Positions 1 to 8,121 are shown, numbered from the stretch's first letter. The stretch: DNA of 64,000 bases from Candidatus Poribacteria bacterium (GCA_965198175.1 OZ240245.1:1824001-1888000); one strand, 5' to 3'. The notes: a model not told the origin generated them from the sequence alone. Program-made: numbers and translations.

Positions 1-1530
1 CTTAAGCGCTTTGAATGCGGCATCGTACGCTCGGACGATGGTGTAGTCTTTGTCCGGAGGCTTCTCAACCACAAAATGCGACTCCGGCACGGCTCTGGAT
101 ATCATGGCTTCCGCACGTTGGTGGAGCAGCATTGCATTCTCGAACTGTTCGGTGATTCCTTTTCGTGCCATCCAGCAAAATAGAACATAAGCGTTAATAC
201 CAACCATAGAGTCTGGGTTAAATTTGTGTCCGCCCGGCAGCGGCTCCCACGCGACGACGACGGCGCAGGCATAGGAATTCTGCTGCGCGTCGCGCCCGCC
301 CATGGTGTCGAGGTAGGTGGTGAAGCCGCCAATCTGACTCCATGCTACGATGCGTTTGTCAGCATGTAACAAGCCGTCCTCGGTTAGCTTGAACGTCATG
401 GCGTTCTCCATGTCGAACAGTGACATGCTTGGGTCGCGGGCGATGTTCTGGAGTTCTCTCATGCACAGGTGGTATCCGCGTTCAACAATCATCTTGCGGA
501 CTTGGAGATACGGTAATGCTTCGTGCCAGAGGGCAGTAACGCCACAGTTCATATCCTCCGCATTGGCATCATAGAATTGGTTTGCCTTCGTTTCGCGTTC
601 CCCGTCATCTAATGTCAAATCTCCATAAATTCCCTCCCATTCCTTCCATAGATGTTCGTGCGTTGGGTGGTACAGGTCTTCAGGGTCGAGGATAGCTTTG
701 AAGTGGACGTTCTGCCAGCCTGGCGCCGTTGTTAGCCGCATGGACATGCTGTCGGGGTGTTTGACGGTATCGGCATAGATACAGTTGATGTTTCCTCCGA
801 TGTCAGAAGTGAACATGACATCTGAAAAGAACCAATCCCAATCTTCTTCACGCAGGTCGGGGTTCATGCAGCGTTTCGGGTCTTCGAGGTCGTCGACGAT
901 GACGAGCGACGGCCGTTTTGCGTTGACGAGCGCGCCGCGCGGGGATTGGTTGCGTCCGAGCGGAAGGAGAGTTACGCCGTTGGCGGTCTCGCATTCAACC
1001 GTTTTCCACACTGGACCGCGTAGCACTCCGAAGTCTCGGACAATTTTGGGATTTGTCATTAGACCTTTGATGTTGCGGAGAATCTTTTTTGCCATGGGTT
1101 GGTTGCGGCTGATGATGAGGATAAATTTTTCGTCCGGGACGGCTTCAGCGCGTTGAAAGGCTTTGAAACAGATACGCCAGAGCGGGTACCAGACAGCGCA
1201 GCAGGTTGTCTTTGCGGAACCGCGCGGGGCTTGGACGTTTACTCTGACACCTGTTTTGTCGTGCGGGATGAGGTTTAGCAGACGGACATGGTGGGGCTGC
1301 AGCGGCGACATCGCATCCGTGTCGAGCAGGTAACGTTCGACAAAGAGTTGCGGATAGACGTATGCGACGTGAACGCGGCTCTCGCGGTTGTTAGCACGTA
1401 GCCGGGCTTCTTCGAGCGACAGGTTTCGAAATTCCCGAATCAGATTTAGGTTCGGTCGGACCGTCGTTTTAGTCCTCTTCCGGATCGGGCTGATTAGAAA
1501 AGTATGTGAAGATGTTGAGATTCTTTGCAT
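1..1530 (-). CDS. terL: Phage terminase large subunit (3' end runs off the window)
   Basis: Manually translated open minus-strand frame from ATG 1530 to position 1, absent from the ORF track. Contains Walker A-like VNVQAPRGSAKTT, FILIISRNQ, LGRNQSPRG and Walker B RPSLVIVDDLED. Start codon uncertain. Confidence 0.85.
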   Translation of the reverse strand, partial: MQRISTSSHTFLISPIRKRTKTTVRPNLNLIREFRNLSLEEARLRANNRESRVHVAYVYPQLFVERYLLDTDAMSPLQPHHVRLLNLIPHDKTGVRVNVQAPRGSAKTTCCAVWYPLWRICFKAFQRAEAVPDEKFILIISRNQPMAKKILRNIKGLMTNPKIVRDFGVLRGPVWKTVECETANGVTLLPLGRNQSPRGALVNAKRPSLVIVDDLEDPKRCMNPDLREEDWDWFFSDVMFTSDIGGNINCIYADTVKHPDSMSMRLTTAPGWQNVHFKAILDPEDLYHPTHEHLWKEWEGIYGDLTLDDGERETKANQFYDANAEDMNCGVTALWHEALPYLQVRKMIVERGYHLCMRELQNIARDPSMSLFDMENAMTFKLTEDGLLHADKRIVAWSQIGGFTTYLDTMGGRDAQQNSYACAVVVAWEPLPGGHKFNPDSMVGINAYVLFCWMARKGITEQFENAMLLHQRAEAMISRAVPESHFVVEKPPDKDYTIVRAYDAAFKALK

Positions 1531-1975
1531 AGAATTCGAGAAACAGTTTGTGTACACGTGCGCGGTGCAGCAGGTTTAATTGTTCGGAGGTATTTATCTG
1601 GCTTGCGAGTTGGTTGGCTTCTTGGAACCAATTGATGGTTTGAACGATTTGCGGCATTGTTTGGGCAAGCGCTATGTCCAGCATTTTTGAAAATTCTTCA
1701 CGGATGGCGTCGCCGAATTTTTCTCTATTGAAGCGGCGGTTGTGCGGGTTGCAGTTCCGGATTGCGTTTCGAATGTCGGTTTCGTCGGCGGTTCTATCGG
1801 ACTCGGGGTCGCCCTCGTGACGTTGGCACTTTGGGAAGCGCTCATACAGCGAATTGACGACAGCACCAACACCGGTCGCGACGATGTCGCATGCGATTTC
1901 GGTTTTTAGGGCGTCGTCTTTGAGTTTGGTCGCCCATTTATAGCGTCTCACGGTTTTTTTGAGTTTGTCATGCAT
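1469..1975 (-). CDS. Hypothetical phage protein, candidate terminase small subunit
   Basis: ~168-aa ORF with GGAGGG RBS before ATG 1975; directly upstream of and overlapping terL. TerS call is positional only. Confidence 0.5.
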   Translation of the reverse strand: MHDKLKKTVRRYKWATKLKDDALKTEIACDIVATGVGAVVNSLYERFPKCQRHEGDPESDRTADETDIRNAIRNCNPHNRRFNREKFGDAIREEFSKMLDIALAQTMPQIVQTINWFQEANQLASQINTSEQLNLLHRARVHKLFLEFYAKNLNIFTYFSNQPDPEED

Positions 1976-1982
1976 TTTTCCC

Positions 1983-2172
1983 TCCATTTTTAATCCATTT
2001 TAGCATTCACATTTCAGATTTTTTCGGAGCGTGATTGCGTCATAGCGCGGGTTCCCGGGATTTAAGAGTTTAGATGAATGGATTAAGAACGAATACGCTA
2101 AATCAGTAAAGCCTGTTGTGGAGCGGTTTCGGGCGATCTGACATTTTTGGTAATCCATTTTTAATCCATTTT
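1983..2172. repeat. 19-bp direct repeat TCCATTTTTAATCCATTTT with an inverted 10-bp core between the copies
   Basis: Identical copies at 1983-2001 and 2154-2172; inverted AATGGATTAA at 2077-2086. Confidence 0.8.
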
Positions 2173-2352
2173 CGGCACGTAGCGCGTCACAACTTCGACC
2201 ACGGTTTTCAAAAAAAAAAATAACCCCACAGCGGCAGCAGTTGGCAGAAGCCGTGAAACTTCTGCGGCGGGCGATTTCAAAGACGCGATCGATAGCGCCT
2301 TTTGAATCGAACCGTCGCGGAACATAAACGCAACTTGGTTTGTCAGGGACAT
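2161..2352 (-). CDS. Short leader ORF (63 aa) heading the terminase operon
   Basis: Strong RBS (TAAGGAGG, 7-nt spacing) before ATG 2352; contains a T11 tract at 2210-2220. Confidence 0.55.
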   Translation of the reverse strand: MSLTNQVAFMFRDGSIQKALSIASLKSPAAEVSRLLPTAAAVGLFFFLKTVVEVVTRYVPKMD

Positions 2353-2386
2353 TGTATGTCCTCCTTAATAAGCCGCGTCGGGAAAC

Positions 2387-2438
2387 AAAAAAACCCGTAG
2401 CGGCAGCGTTAAATGTTAAGAGCTGCCTCTACGGGTTT
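2387..2438 (-). terminator. Intrinsic terminator/attenuator hairpin in the phage leader
   Basis: Minus strand AAACCCGTAG-A-GGCAGC / GCTGCC-G-CTACGGGTTT stem ending in a U7 run; lies between the promoter and the first ORF. Confidence 0.75.
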
Positions 2439-2559
2439 GCCCTTGTTAAAACGATAGAGTGAAGATATAAGGTTTTAGACCTTTCGCCATCGTGTAAGCT
2501 ACCTCTACGGGGTTAGCGCCTACCGGGCGTTATTTGGTTAAAACAGATGTTACAATACA

Positions 2560-2588
2560 ATAATACAACACGAATTCGAAAGTGTCAA
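2560..2588 (-). promoter_or_regulatory. sigma70-type promoter for the terminase operon leader
   Basis: TTGACA-17 nt-TATTAT on the minus strand. Confidence 0.75.
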
Positions 2589-2788
2589 GAGCTTTTAAGT
2601 CGGCTATTAAAGGATGTCAAGTTAAGTATGCGTCTTTTTGCAATTTTTCGTCTTTTTTTCAAAATGTTGCTTGGCATGACGCAAAATATTTTTTCGACGG
2701 TCGATTTTTTTCCAGCGTTTCAAGTTGAATTTCTGATTTCATTCCAACCTACTCGGCAAAAAACAAGGGAAAAAAGTTGAAAATGAGG

Positions 2789-2818
2789 TAGACAAAGTAA
2801 ACATGTGTATAGTATAAT
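2789..2818 (+). promoter_or_regulatory. Divergent sigma70-type promoter
   Basis: TAGACA-18 nt-TATAAT upstream of ORF 2876. Confidence 0.6.
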
Positions 2819-2875
2819 TTAATGGCTACGTTTCGACAATTAACTAACTTTCTCATTTCGGAAGGGGATTTTACT

Positions 2876-3289
2876 ATGTGGAAGAAGATAGAAGTTACTC
2901 AGGAAGACATTGACCGCGGGCGGATTGCGGACCCTCGCAACTGTGCTATCGCTGTGGTATTGAAAGATGAAGAGGCGTACGAAATTTCAGTGGCGGGCTT
3001 TATTGTGATTGGGAAAGACGGTTACAAAGCGACACCAGAGGTTCGTCGCTGGATAAGTGCCTTCGATAGGGGCAAAGCCGTCAAGCCGATTACCATTGAG
3101 TTTGTGCCGTATAAATTTGGGGAAACCCCTAATGGCGGCACGTATAATCGCGGCAAAGGTCGGGACCCGGTTTTCATCTGCGGCGAGGCGCGTATGGCGG
3201 GCGAGGACAATAGCCCGGTCCCCCTAAGCAAAAAGCAACTACATGCTGATGCGGAGCATCTGGCTGCGTTCATAGGCAAAAAGGGCTGA
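2876..3289 (+). CDS. Hypothetical protein, probably phage-derived (MWKKIEVTQEDIDRG...CAIA)
   Basis: ORF with GGAAGGGG RBS before ATG 2876 (the track starts at 2822); no recognised domain. Confidence 0.6.
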   Translation: MWKKIEVTQEDIDRGRIADPRNCAIAVVLKDEEAYEISVAGFIVIGKDGYKATPEVRRWISAFDRGKAVKPITIEFVPYKFGETPNGGTYNRGKGRDPVFICGEARMAGEDNSPVPLSKKQLHADAEHLAAFIGKKG

Positions 3290-3418
3290 AATGCATGCTT
3301 GGCAGCAGTCAATCCAAGAGAAACAAGCGCGTATGCGGGAACTGCTGGGAGGACACCGTCAATGGCGGTCACAAACCTAATTAACAACAACTTTAGTGTA
3401 CAGTGAAGGCCGAGGAGC

Positions 3419-3470
3419 GTGGCTAGTTGCCAGTGATCAGTAAAAAAACAGGTCACCAGCCGCTAGCCAC
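3419..3470 (+). promoter_or_regulatory. Stem-loop just upstream of the RBS of ORF 3497
   Basis: GTGGCTAG...GTGATC / GGTCAC...CTAGCCAC arms around an A-rich loop. Confidence 0.45.
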
Positions 3471-3496
3471 CGTTTCTCAACAAAGGAGGATTTGCA

Positions 3497-4351
3497 ATGA
3501 ATACGAAACACTATCTGATTATAAGCGGAATTGTTGGTGGCGTAATAGGGAGTTTGTTGACGGCGTTGTTGGTGCCGCCGGTAACGGCGGAGCGGGATAA
3601 GTTTGGGGAGATTGAGTGTAGGAGTTTAAGGGTTGTTGACAAGCATGGGCAAGCACGGGTTCTCCTAACTACCGATATTCTTGATGTGGCTAAAGACTTC
3701 CGTTCTGGCGAATTGATGGTATTGATCCTTGGCACAGGAATCGGGGGGCGTGTTGTTACCTATGGAAAAAATGGTGAAGCGAGCGAATCGCTATCTTCAT
3801 CTGTGTATGATTACGGAGGGTATGTGAGCGTATTTGACAAAAATGGGTATCCGCAGGTGGATCTCAAAGTAGATAAAAACGGGGACGGTGTAGTCACCGT
3901 TGGTGAAGAAGGGAAGCCAGAAGTGATCATCAGTAGCAGTGGGCATGGCGGGTTAGTTTCTGCCTATGGCAGAGATGGAAAGGCGGGGGCGACGCTCGCT
4001 ATCGCTGAGCATGGTGGTTTTGTCTACACCTGCGACAGAGAAGGACAATCATCGGCGTCGCTGGGCAATGATGAACACGGTGGGCGGGTCGATGCCTATG
4101 GCAAGGACGGAAAATCGTCGGCGGGAATGACTATCAATGAACGTGGCGGGGCTGTCAGTGTATTCGGCAAAGACGGAGTATCCTGCAAAGACGGAAAACG
4201 GAGTATATCGTCGGCGATACTTGGTATCACTGAACACGGCGGGCAGGTCGAAGTATTCGGCAAAGGCGAGGGTAAGGCGGGAATGGGCATCAACGAATAC
4301 GGCAACGGCGTGGTGGCCACTTACGATAAAAACGGGTATAGGCAGAAATAA
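3497..4351 (+). CDS. Membrane-anchored/exported protein with ~22-aa Gly-rich beta repeats (GGxVxxxxKxGKxxAxLxxxEH)
   Basis: AAGGAGG RBS, N-terminal hydrophobic helix and about 8 visible internal repeats. Confidence 0.8.
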   Translation: MNTKHYLIISGIVGGVIGSLLTALLVPPVTAERDKFGEIECRSLRVVDKHGQARVLLTTDILDVAKDFRSGELMVLILGTGIGGRVVTYGKNGEASESLSSSVYDYGGYVSVFDKNGYPQVDLKVDKNGDGVVTVGEEGKPEVIISSSGHGGLVSAYGRDGKAGATLAIAEHGGFVYTCDREGQSSASLGNDEHGGRVDAYGKDGKSSAGMTINERGGAVSVFGKDGVSCKDGKRSISSAILGITEHGGQVEVFGKGEGKAGMGINEYGNGVVATYDKNGYRQK

Positions 4352-4381
4352 CGCAAAACTCAAACACTGGGAGGAATTCTG

Positions 4382-4489
4382 ATGAAGTCAACAAGAGGAA
4401 AATTGGCAATTGTCGCGGTTGGATGTATAATCGCGTTAGCTGGGGTATTGGGCGGGTGTAGTCTGACGATTCAATCTACGATTGAATAG
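4382..4489 (+). pseudogene. Truncated lipoprotein (signal peptide with LGGC lipobox, 35 aa)
   Basis: GGAGG RBS; MKSTRGKLAIVAVGCIIALAGVLGGCSLTIQSTIE* stops where the mosaic repeat begins. Confidence 0.5.
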
Positions 4490-4662
4490 ATTGCGGATTC
4501 AGATGTGATTTCGGATGGGGCGCGGTCGAAAAGCTCTCGACCCCCTCTTGCTCCCCCTTGGCAAGGGGGAGGATTTGATGAGTGGAGAAGACTATCGCAG
4601 TCGCTATTCGCTCCTTTGATCGTTGGGTTTCGCGAGCCCGTTCAACCCAACCTACAAAAGCT
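4488..4662. repeat. Mosaic REP/BIME-like repeat, copy 1
   Basis: Modules CTCCCCCTTGGCAAGGGGGAG (palindrome), AAGACTATCGC and GTTGGGTTTCGC..CAACCCAACCTAC; homologous to 5684-5935. Confidence 0.8.
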
Positions 4663-4726
4663 GTTCGGTCGGTTGATTCTACGAGAACTACAAGCACTAA
4701 CGCCGCAGAATTCGCCGCAGACCGCG

Positions 4727-5518
4727 TCATGGATTCATCGGCGAGACGGTATTTTGAATTCCGCCCATCAACGCTATGATTTCGCGCTCACTTAGCGCAA
4801 CGTTGAAGACGGCGAACTCGTCGATAATTCCGCCGAACGTACCTCCAGGAGTACCACCCAACAAGGATCTAGGCCGCCCACCGATGTGCAAATCCGCAGC
4901 ACGGGGAGAATATTGACCCGCACTCTTATACCACGCCACTTCGAATCCATTCCTGTAGATTTTCATGAAATTTTGGCTCGCGCTGCATACAAATGCCCAA
5001 TGTTCCCACCTGCCTAGAGTTTCCGAGGGACGATGCATCCAAATCTGTTCCCGACCAAATTGCCAGTGAGTCGTGTTCGGATTGGGTCTATTCCACGGGA
5101 AGTGCACGGTAAAGCGATCGACGATGTCGGGTCTCCAATGACCAGTTCGGCTAATTGGAACCAAACTGAAAAGGTCGTGATTTTTGATTTCTTCAAGTTT
5201 GACCCATGCCGCGACGGTCACTTCGCTGCCGGGAACAGACTCACCAAAATTAGGGACGACGACGACATCACCGGCACCATCAAATTGTAAAGCTGTGCCA
5301 AACTTGCCGGGGACTCGTGTGGGGTGTTCTCTCAAGCTCCCATCGTGTCCATTGCCGGACGAATCAATGGCGATTTGGTCGTGGTCCTCGTCAAAAAGCC
5401 ACATGGCGACAATCTTCTCAGGGCTAATCATGGGGTAGTTGGACGACATCTGCTTTGCGCATCCGGTTGCAAAGCATAGAAACGGAATATATAAAACACA
5501 GAATCTATTTAGCTTCAA
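4727..5518 (-). CDS. LamG/concanavalin A-like jellyroll lipoprotein
   Basis: Lipobox FATGC; WLFDE..DSSGNGHDG, GKFGTALQFDG and GIIDEFAVFNVALS motifs. Confidence 0.85.
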   Translation of the reverse strand: MKLNRFCVLYIPFLCFATGCAKQMSSNYPMISPEKIVAMWLFDEDHDQIAIDSSGNGHDGSLREHPTRVPGKFGTALQFDGAGDVVVVPNFGESVPGSEVTVAAWVKLEEIKNHDLFSLVPISRTGHWRPDIVDRFTVHFPWNRPNPNTTHWQFGREQIWMHRPSETLGRWEHWAFVCSASQNFMKIYRNGFEVAWYKSAGQYSPRAADLHIGGRPRSLLGGTPGGTFGGIIDEFAVFNVALSEREIIALMGGIQNTVSPMNP

Positions 5519-5683
5519 TTTGAACCTCTCCTTTCGTTCGGTACCGCAATTCTAATGGCGCGGTTCATGACATAGAATTTAAGATTACGCACATCTGTAT
5601 TGGCGCTGTCATGGGGGATTTTTCTTTGGCAACTAGAATCTGTAGATTTTTTGGATTTTTCGCCCCAAAAGGTGCAATCCAAG

Positions 5684-5935
5684 TTGATCGTTGGGTTTCG
5701 CGAGCCCGCTCAACCCAACCTACAAGAGCTAGATTGCAGATTCAGATTTGATTTTGGATTTAGCGCGGGTGCAAAGTACCCGACCCCCTCTCGCTCCCCC
5801 TTAGCAAGGGGGAGGATATGATGAGCGGGGAATACTATCGCCCTCGTTATTCACTCGGTTGATCGCTTTAACCCAACCTACAAAAGATTGATCTATCCGC
5901 TGAGTTAATCTTATCCCAACCTACAAGAACTACGA
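5684..5935. repeat. Mosaic REP/BIME-like repeat, copy 2
   Basis: Same modules as 4488-4662 in permuted order, with three CCCAACCTACAA units. Confidence 0.8.
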
Positions 5936-6739
5936 TTCATTGAGGGGGGAGAAGAAGTCGAGGAATTCGAGGCGTTGGCGCCATCGCAATCGTCTGGGGC
6001 TGGCGTCTGGAGCCGACCACCAGGCTGCATCGTACCATGAACCAACAGGCAGGTCGAACTTTTCGAGATCGGATTTCTTTCGTTTGTGAAACGCCCAACG
6101 AAGCGCTTTTTCTTCTTCAGGGTTTGTGGGGTTGTGGTAATACACAACAGCGCCGAGGCACCGATCATCTCGACCGCCGCGGCTGGCATGCGAGAGGCGA
6201 TGGTCGAAGACAATGACATCGCCCGGCTGTGATTCGATGCTGAAGCCGGGCACCTCATCTATAGAGGCGCCATCGGTATTTTGGTGCGCCCTCCTGAACT
6301 CGCGCATCTGATCGAAGTAGGGACGATGATGCGAGCCGGGGACAACCCGAAGCGCTCCGTTCGCGGCGGTGAGGGAATCGAAATAGAAGACAAACTTTAC
6401 GCCGTATTGATGGTAGCTGTCGGTATCCGCATGCCAAGGGGTATTGCCGACATGACGATTACCTGTCGCATTGATGCCGAGGATGTCCGGTCCTCCGAGC
6501 GACTCGGCGACCGTGATGAAGCGCGCGTCTTCGAGCAGGGACGCAAAGAACGGGGTGTTCGTTTCCATCAGGTAGGTGTGGTGCATCTGCGTGCCGTCGA
6601 AGGGCGCATGACGGTACTTACTCTCAAGCCCGACTTCAAACTCGCGGCGCAGCGTGTCCATTTCGGCGGCGTCAAACAGACGACGCAACAGCACGAATCC
6701 GAAAGAATCAAAGTGTTGTCGTTGTCTTTGCGATAACAT
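5930..6739 (-). CDS. Phytanoyl-CoA dioxygenase (PhyH) family Fe/2OG dioxygenase
   Basis: WHAD, GALRVVPGSH and GDVIVFDHRLSHAS motifs. Confidence 0.9.
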   Translation of the reverse strand: MLSQRQRQHFDSFGFVLLRRLFDAAEMDTLRREFEVGLESKYRHAPFDGTQMHHTYLMETNTPFFASLLEDARFITVAESLGGPDILGINATGNRHVGNTPWHADTDSYHQYGVKFVFYFDSLTAANGALRVVPGSHHRPYFDQMREFRRAHQNTDGASIDEVPGFSIESQPGDVIVFDHRLSHASRGGRDDRCLGAVVYYHNPTNPEEEKALRWAFHKRKKSDLEKFDLPVGSWYDAAWWSAPDASPRRLRWRQRLEFLDFFSPLNES

Positions 6740-6848
6740 AATTATTGGTAAGCGTTTACACGCATGTTAATTCGATTACCATTGGCAATTATAGTTACTG
6801 CAACTAAAAGCACACATTACCTTCAATCCGGTCAAACTGGGGTGTCAA

Positions 6849-6875
6849 CCCCCCTAGCCCCCCTTATCAGGGGGG
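6849..6875. repeat. REP-like palindrome CCCCCTTATCAGGGGG
   Basis: Same family as the palindromes at ~4552 and ~5793. Confidence 0.6.
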
Positions 6876-6922
6876 TACATGTGTAAACCATCCTCGTTGC
6901 GTTAGGATTAGCAGCGGAAATT

Positions 6923-7759
6923 TCAGCGTAATGTGTTTGCCTTGATGGCGCCCCAGACGGCGGCGGATTTGCCTTCCGGATGAACTGCCAACCCCAACAC
7001 ACCTTTGACGCCACTATTGAAGTGTGTTGTAATCTCTTCTGCAGTGAAGGCTCGCTTCGCAATCAGGACTTCGTCAATAAAGCCGTCGAGCCAGATATCT
7101 TCTTCAGCCCAACCGATTGTGATCGGCGGTACCTCTCTGAATTTTGGAAGGAGGGGATCGGGCAAATTCGAATCCACCTCAAACCGCGCATCTAGTTTGC
7201 CATCAAGGTAAAACGCGTATTCCTCCCCCAACCCATTCCGGAATCGGCGCCGGACCATAGCTACTTGATGCCATGTTTTAGGCTGCACCTCACCACCGAA
7301 GTGTAAGAACGTCTCAATGCCTCCATGGGCGATTGGATCAAGTGAATAAATGCCGAACGTCGGATTGCCGTTTAAACTGTATTCAAGAATCCACCTGCCC
7401 CCCTCGCCTTCATCCTGAGCGATGAACGCGTGGCGACTGAATCGGGATTCTTTCATGTTGACCCACACAGCGAGCGTGAAGTCTGATCTAAACAGACGCA
7501 GACTCCTATCATTACCGGCATCCACATATCCAACCGGCTCGACGTGTATTGCGTTACCGAATTTACCTACTCCCCAACTTGCGTTCTCCATAAGGGTGCC
7601 GTGGTTTCGGTGGGGAGAAAGGTCCTTGGCAAATTTGCCTTCGCCTTTATCAAACGACATGGCAAGCACGATGTCCTTGTCGGCGGCTGCGTCGGTGTCT
7701 GCAATGCAAATCGCCGAGACCAAAATAGTAATCATCAAGGTGCGAACTAGGGCTTTCAA
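6923..7759 (-). CDS. Secreted LamG-domain protein, subtype A, with C-terminal AVxPxGKSAAVWGAIKA tail
   Basis: Signal peptide, LamG motifs and TTG start; paralog of the four upstream genes. Confidence 0.88.
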   Translation of the reverse strand: MKALVRTLMITILVSAICIADTDAAADKDIVLAMSFDKGEGKFAKDLSPHRNHGTLMENASWGVGKFGNAIHVEPVGYVDAGNDRSLRLFRSDFTLAVWVNMKESRFSRHAFIAQDEGEGGRWILEYSLNGNPTFGIYSLDPIAHGGIETFLHFGGEVQPKTWHQVAMVRRRFRNGLGEEYAFYLDGKLDARFEVDSNLPDPLLPKFREVPPITIGWAEEDIWLDGFIDEVLIAKRAFTAEEITTHFNSGVKGVLGLAVHPEGKSAAVWGAIKANTLR

Positions 7760-7959
7760 AATTTTTTCCTGCCTAACGTGCGTCAGGGAATATAGTCACT
7801 GCGACTAAAAATTACCCTGCGATCTCTTTCCGATTAAAAAAGACTATTGCGGTCGCTATTCGCTCCCTCGATCCCTTATCAGGCTTACTATTCCATACAT
7901 CTCAATGAAAGCGTATCATGTTTTACTGGAAACACCGCTCTGTCGCAAATATCCACATA

Positions 7960-8082
7960 CCGCTCCGCAGGAGCGGCGAAGGGTTGTGAATGCCGTTTCT
8001 ATAGACATGTCGCTCCGCTAAAACCCTTTTAGCCACATTACGACTACATAAGATAACGATGTCTTGCACTTCAGCGGAGCGG
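7960..8082. repeat. REP-like CCGCTCCGCAGGAGCGG palindromes
   Basis: Related GCTCCGC/GCGGAGCG units at ~7960, ~8011 and ~8073. Confidence 0.5.
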
Positions 8083-8121
8083 TATGTAACTCATTGCGTT
8101 AGGGTTAATATATGGGAAATT

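Noticed and set aside
102..1579. Track ORFs 102-332, 350-574, 785-1156 and 1388-1579
   Set aside because: Shadow frames of the terminase and its upstream gene.
2547..2780. 77-aa plus-strand ORF
   Set aside because: Lies in the AT-rich divergent promoter region and has no RBS.
2000..4700. tRNA/att site or integrase at the phage boundary
   Set aside because: No cloverleaf, att duplication or recombinase motif could be identified by eye.
4488..5935. CRISPR array suggested by recurring CCCAACCTACAA units
   Set aside because: Irregular spacing, degenerate units, homologous rather than unique intervening DNA, and no cas genes.
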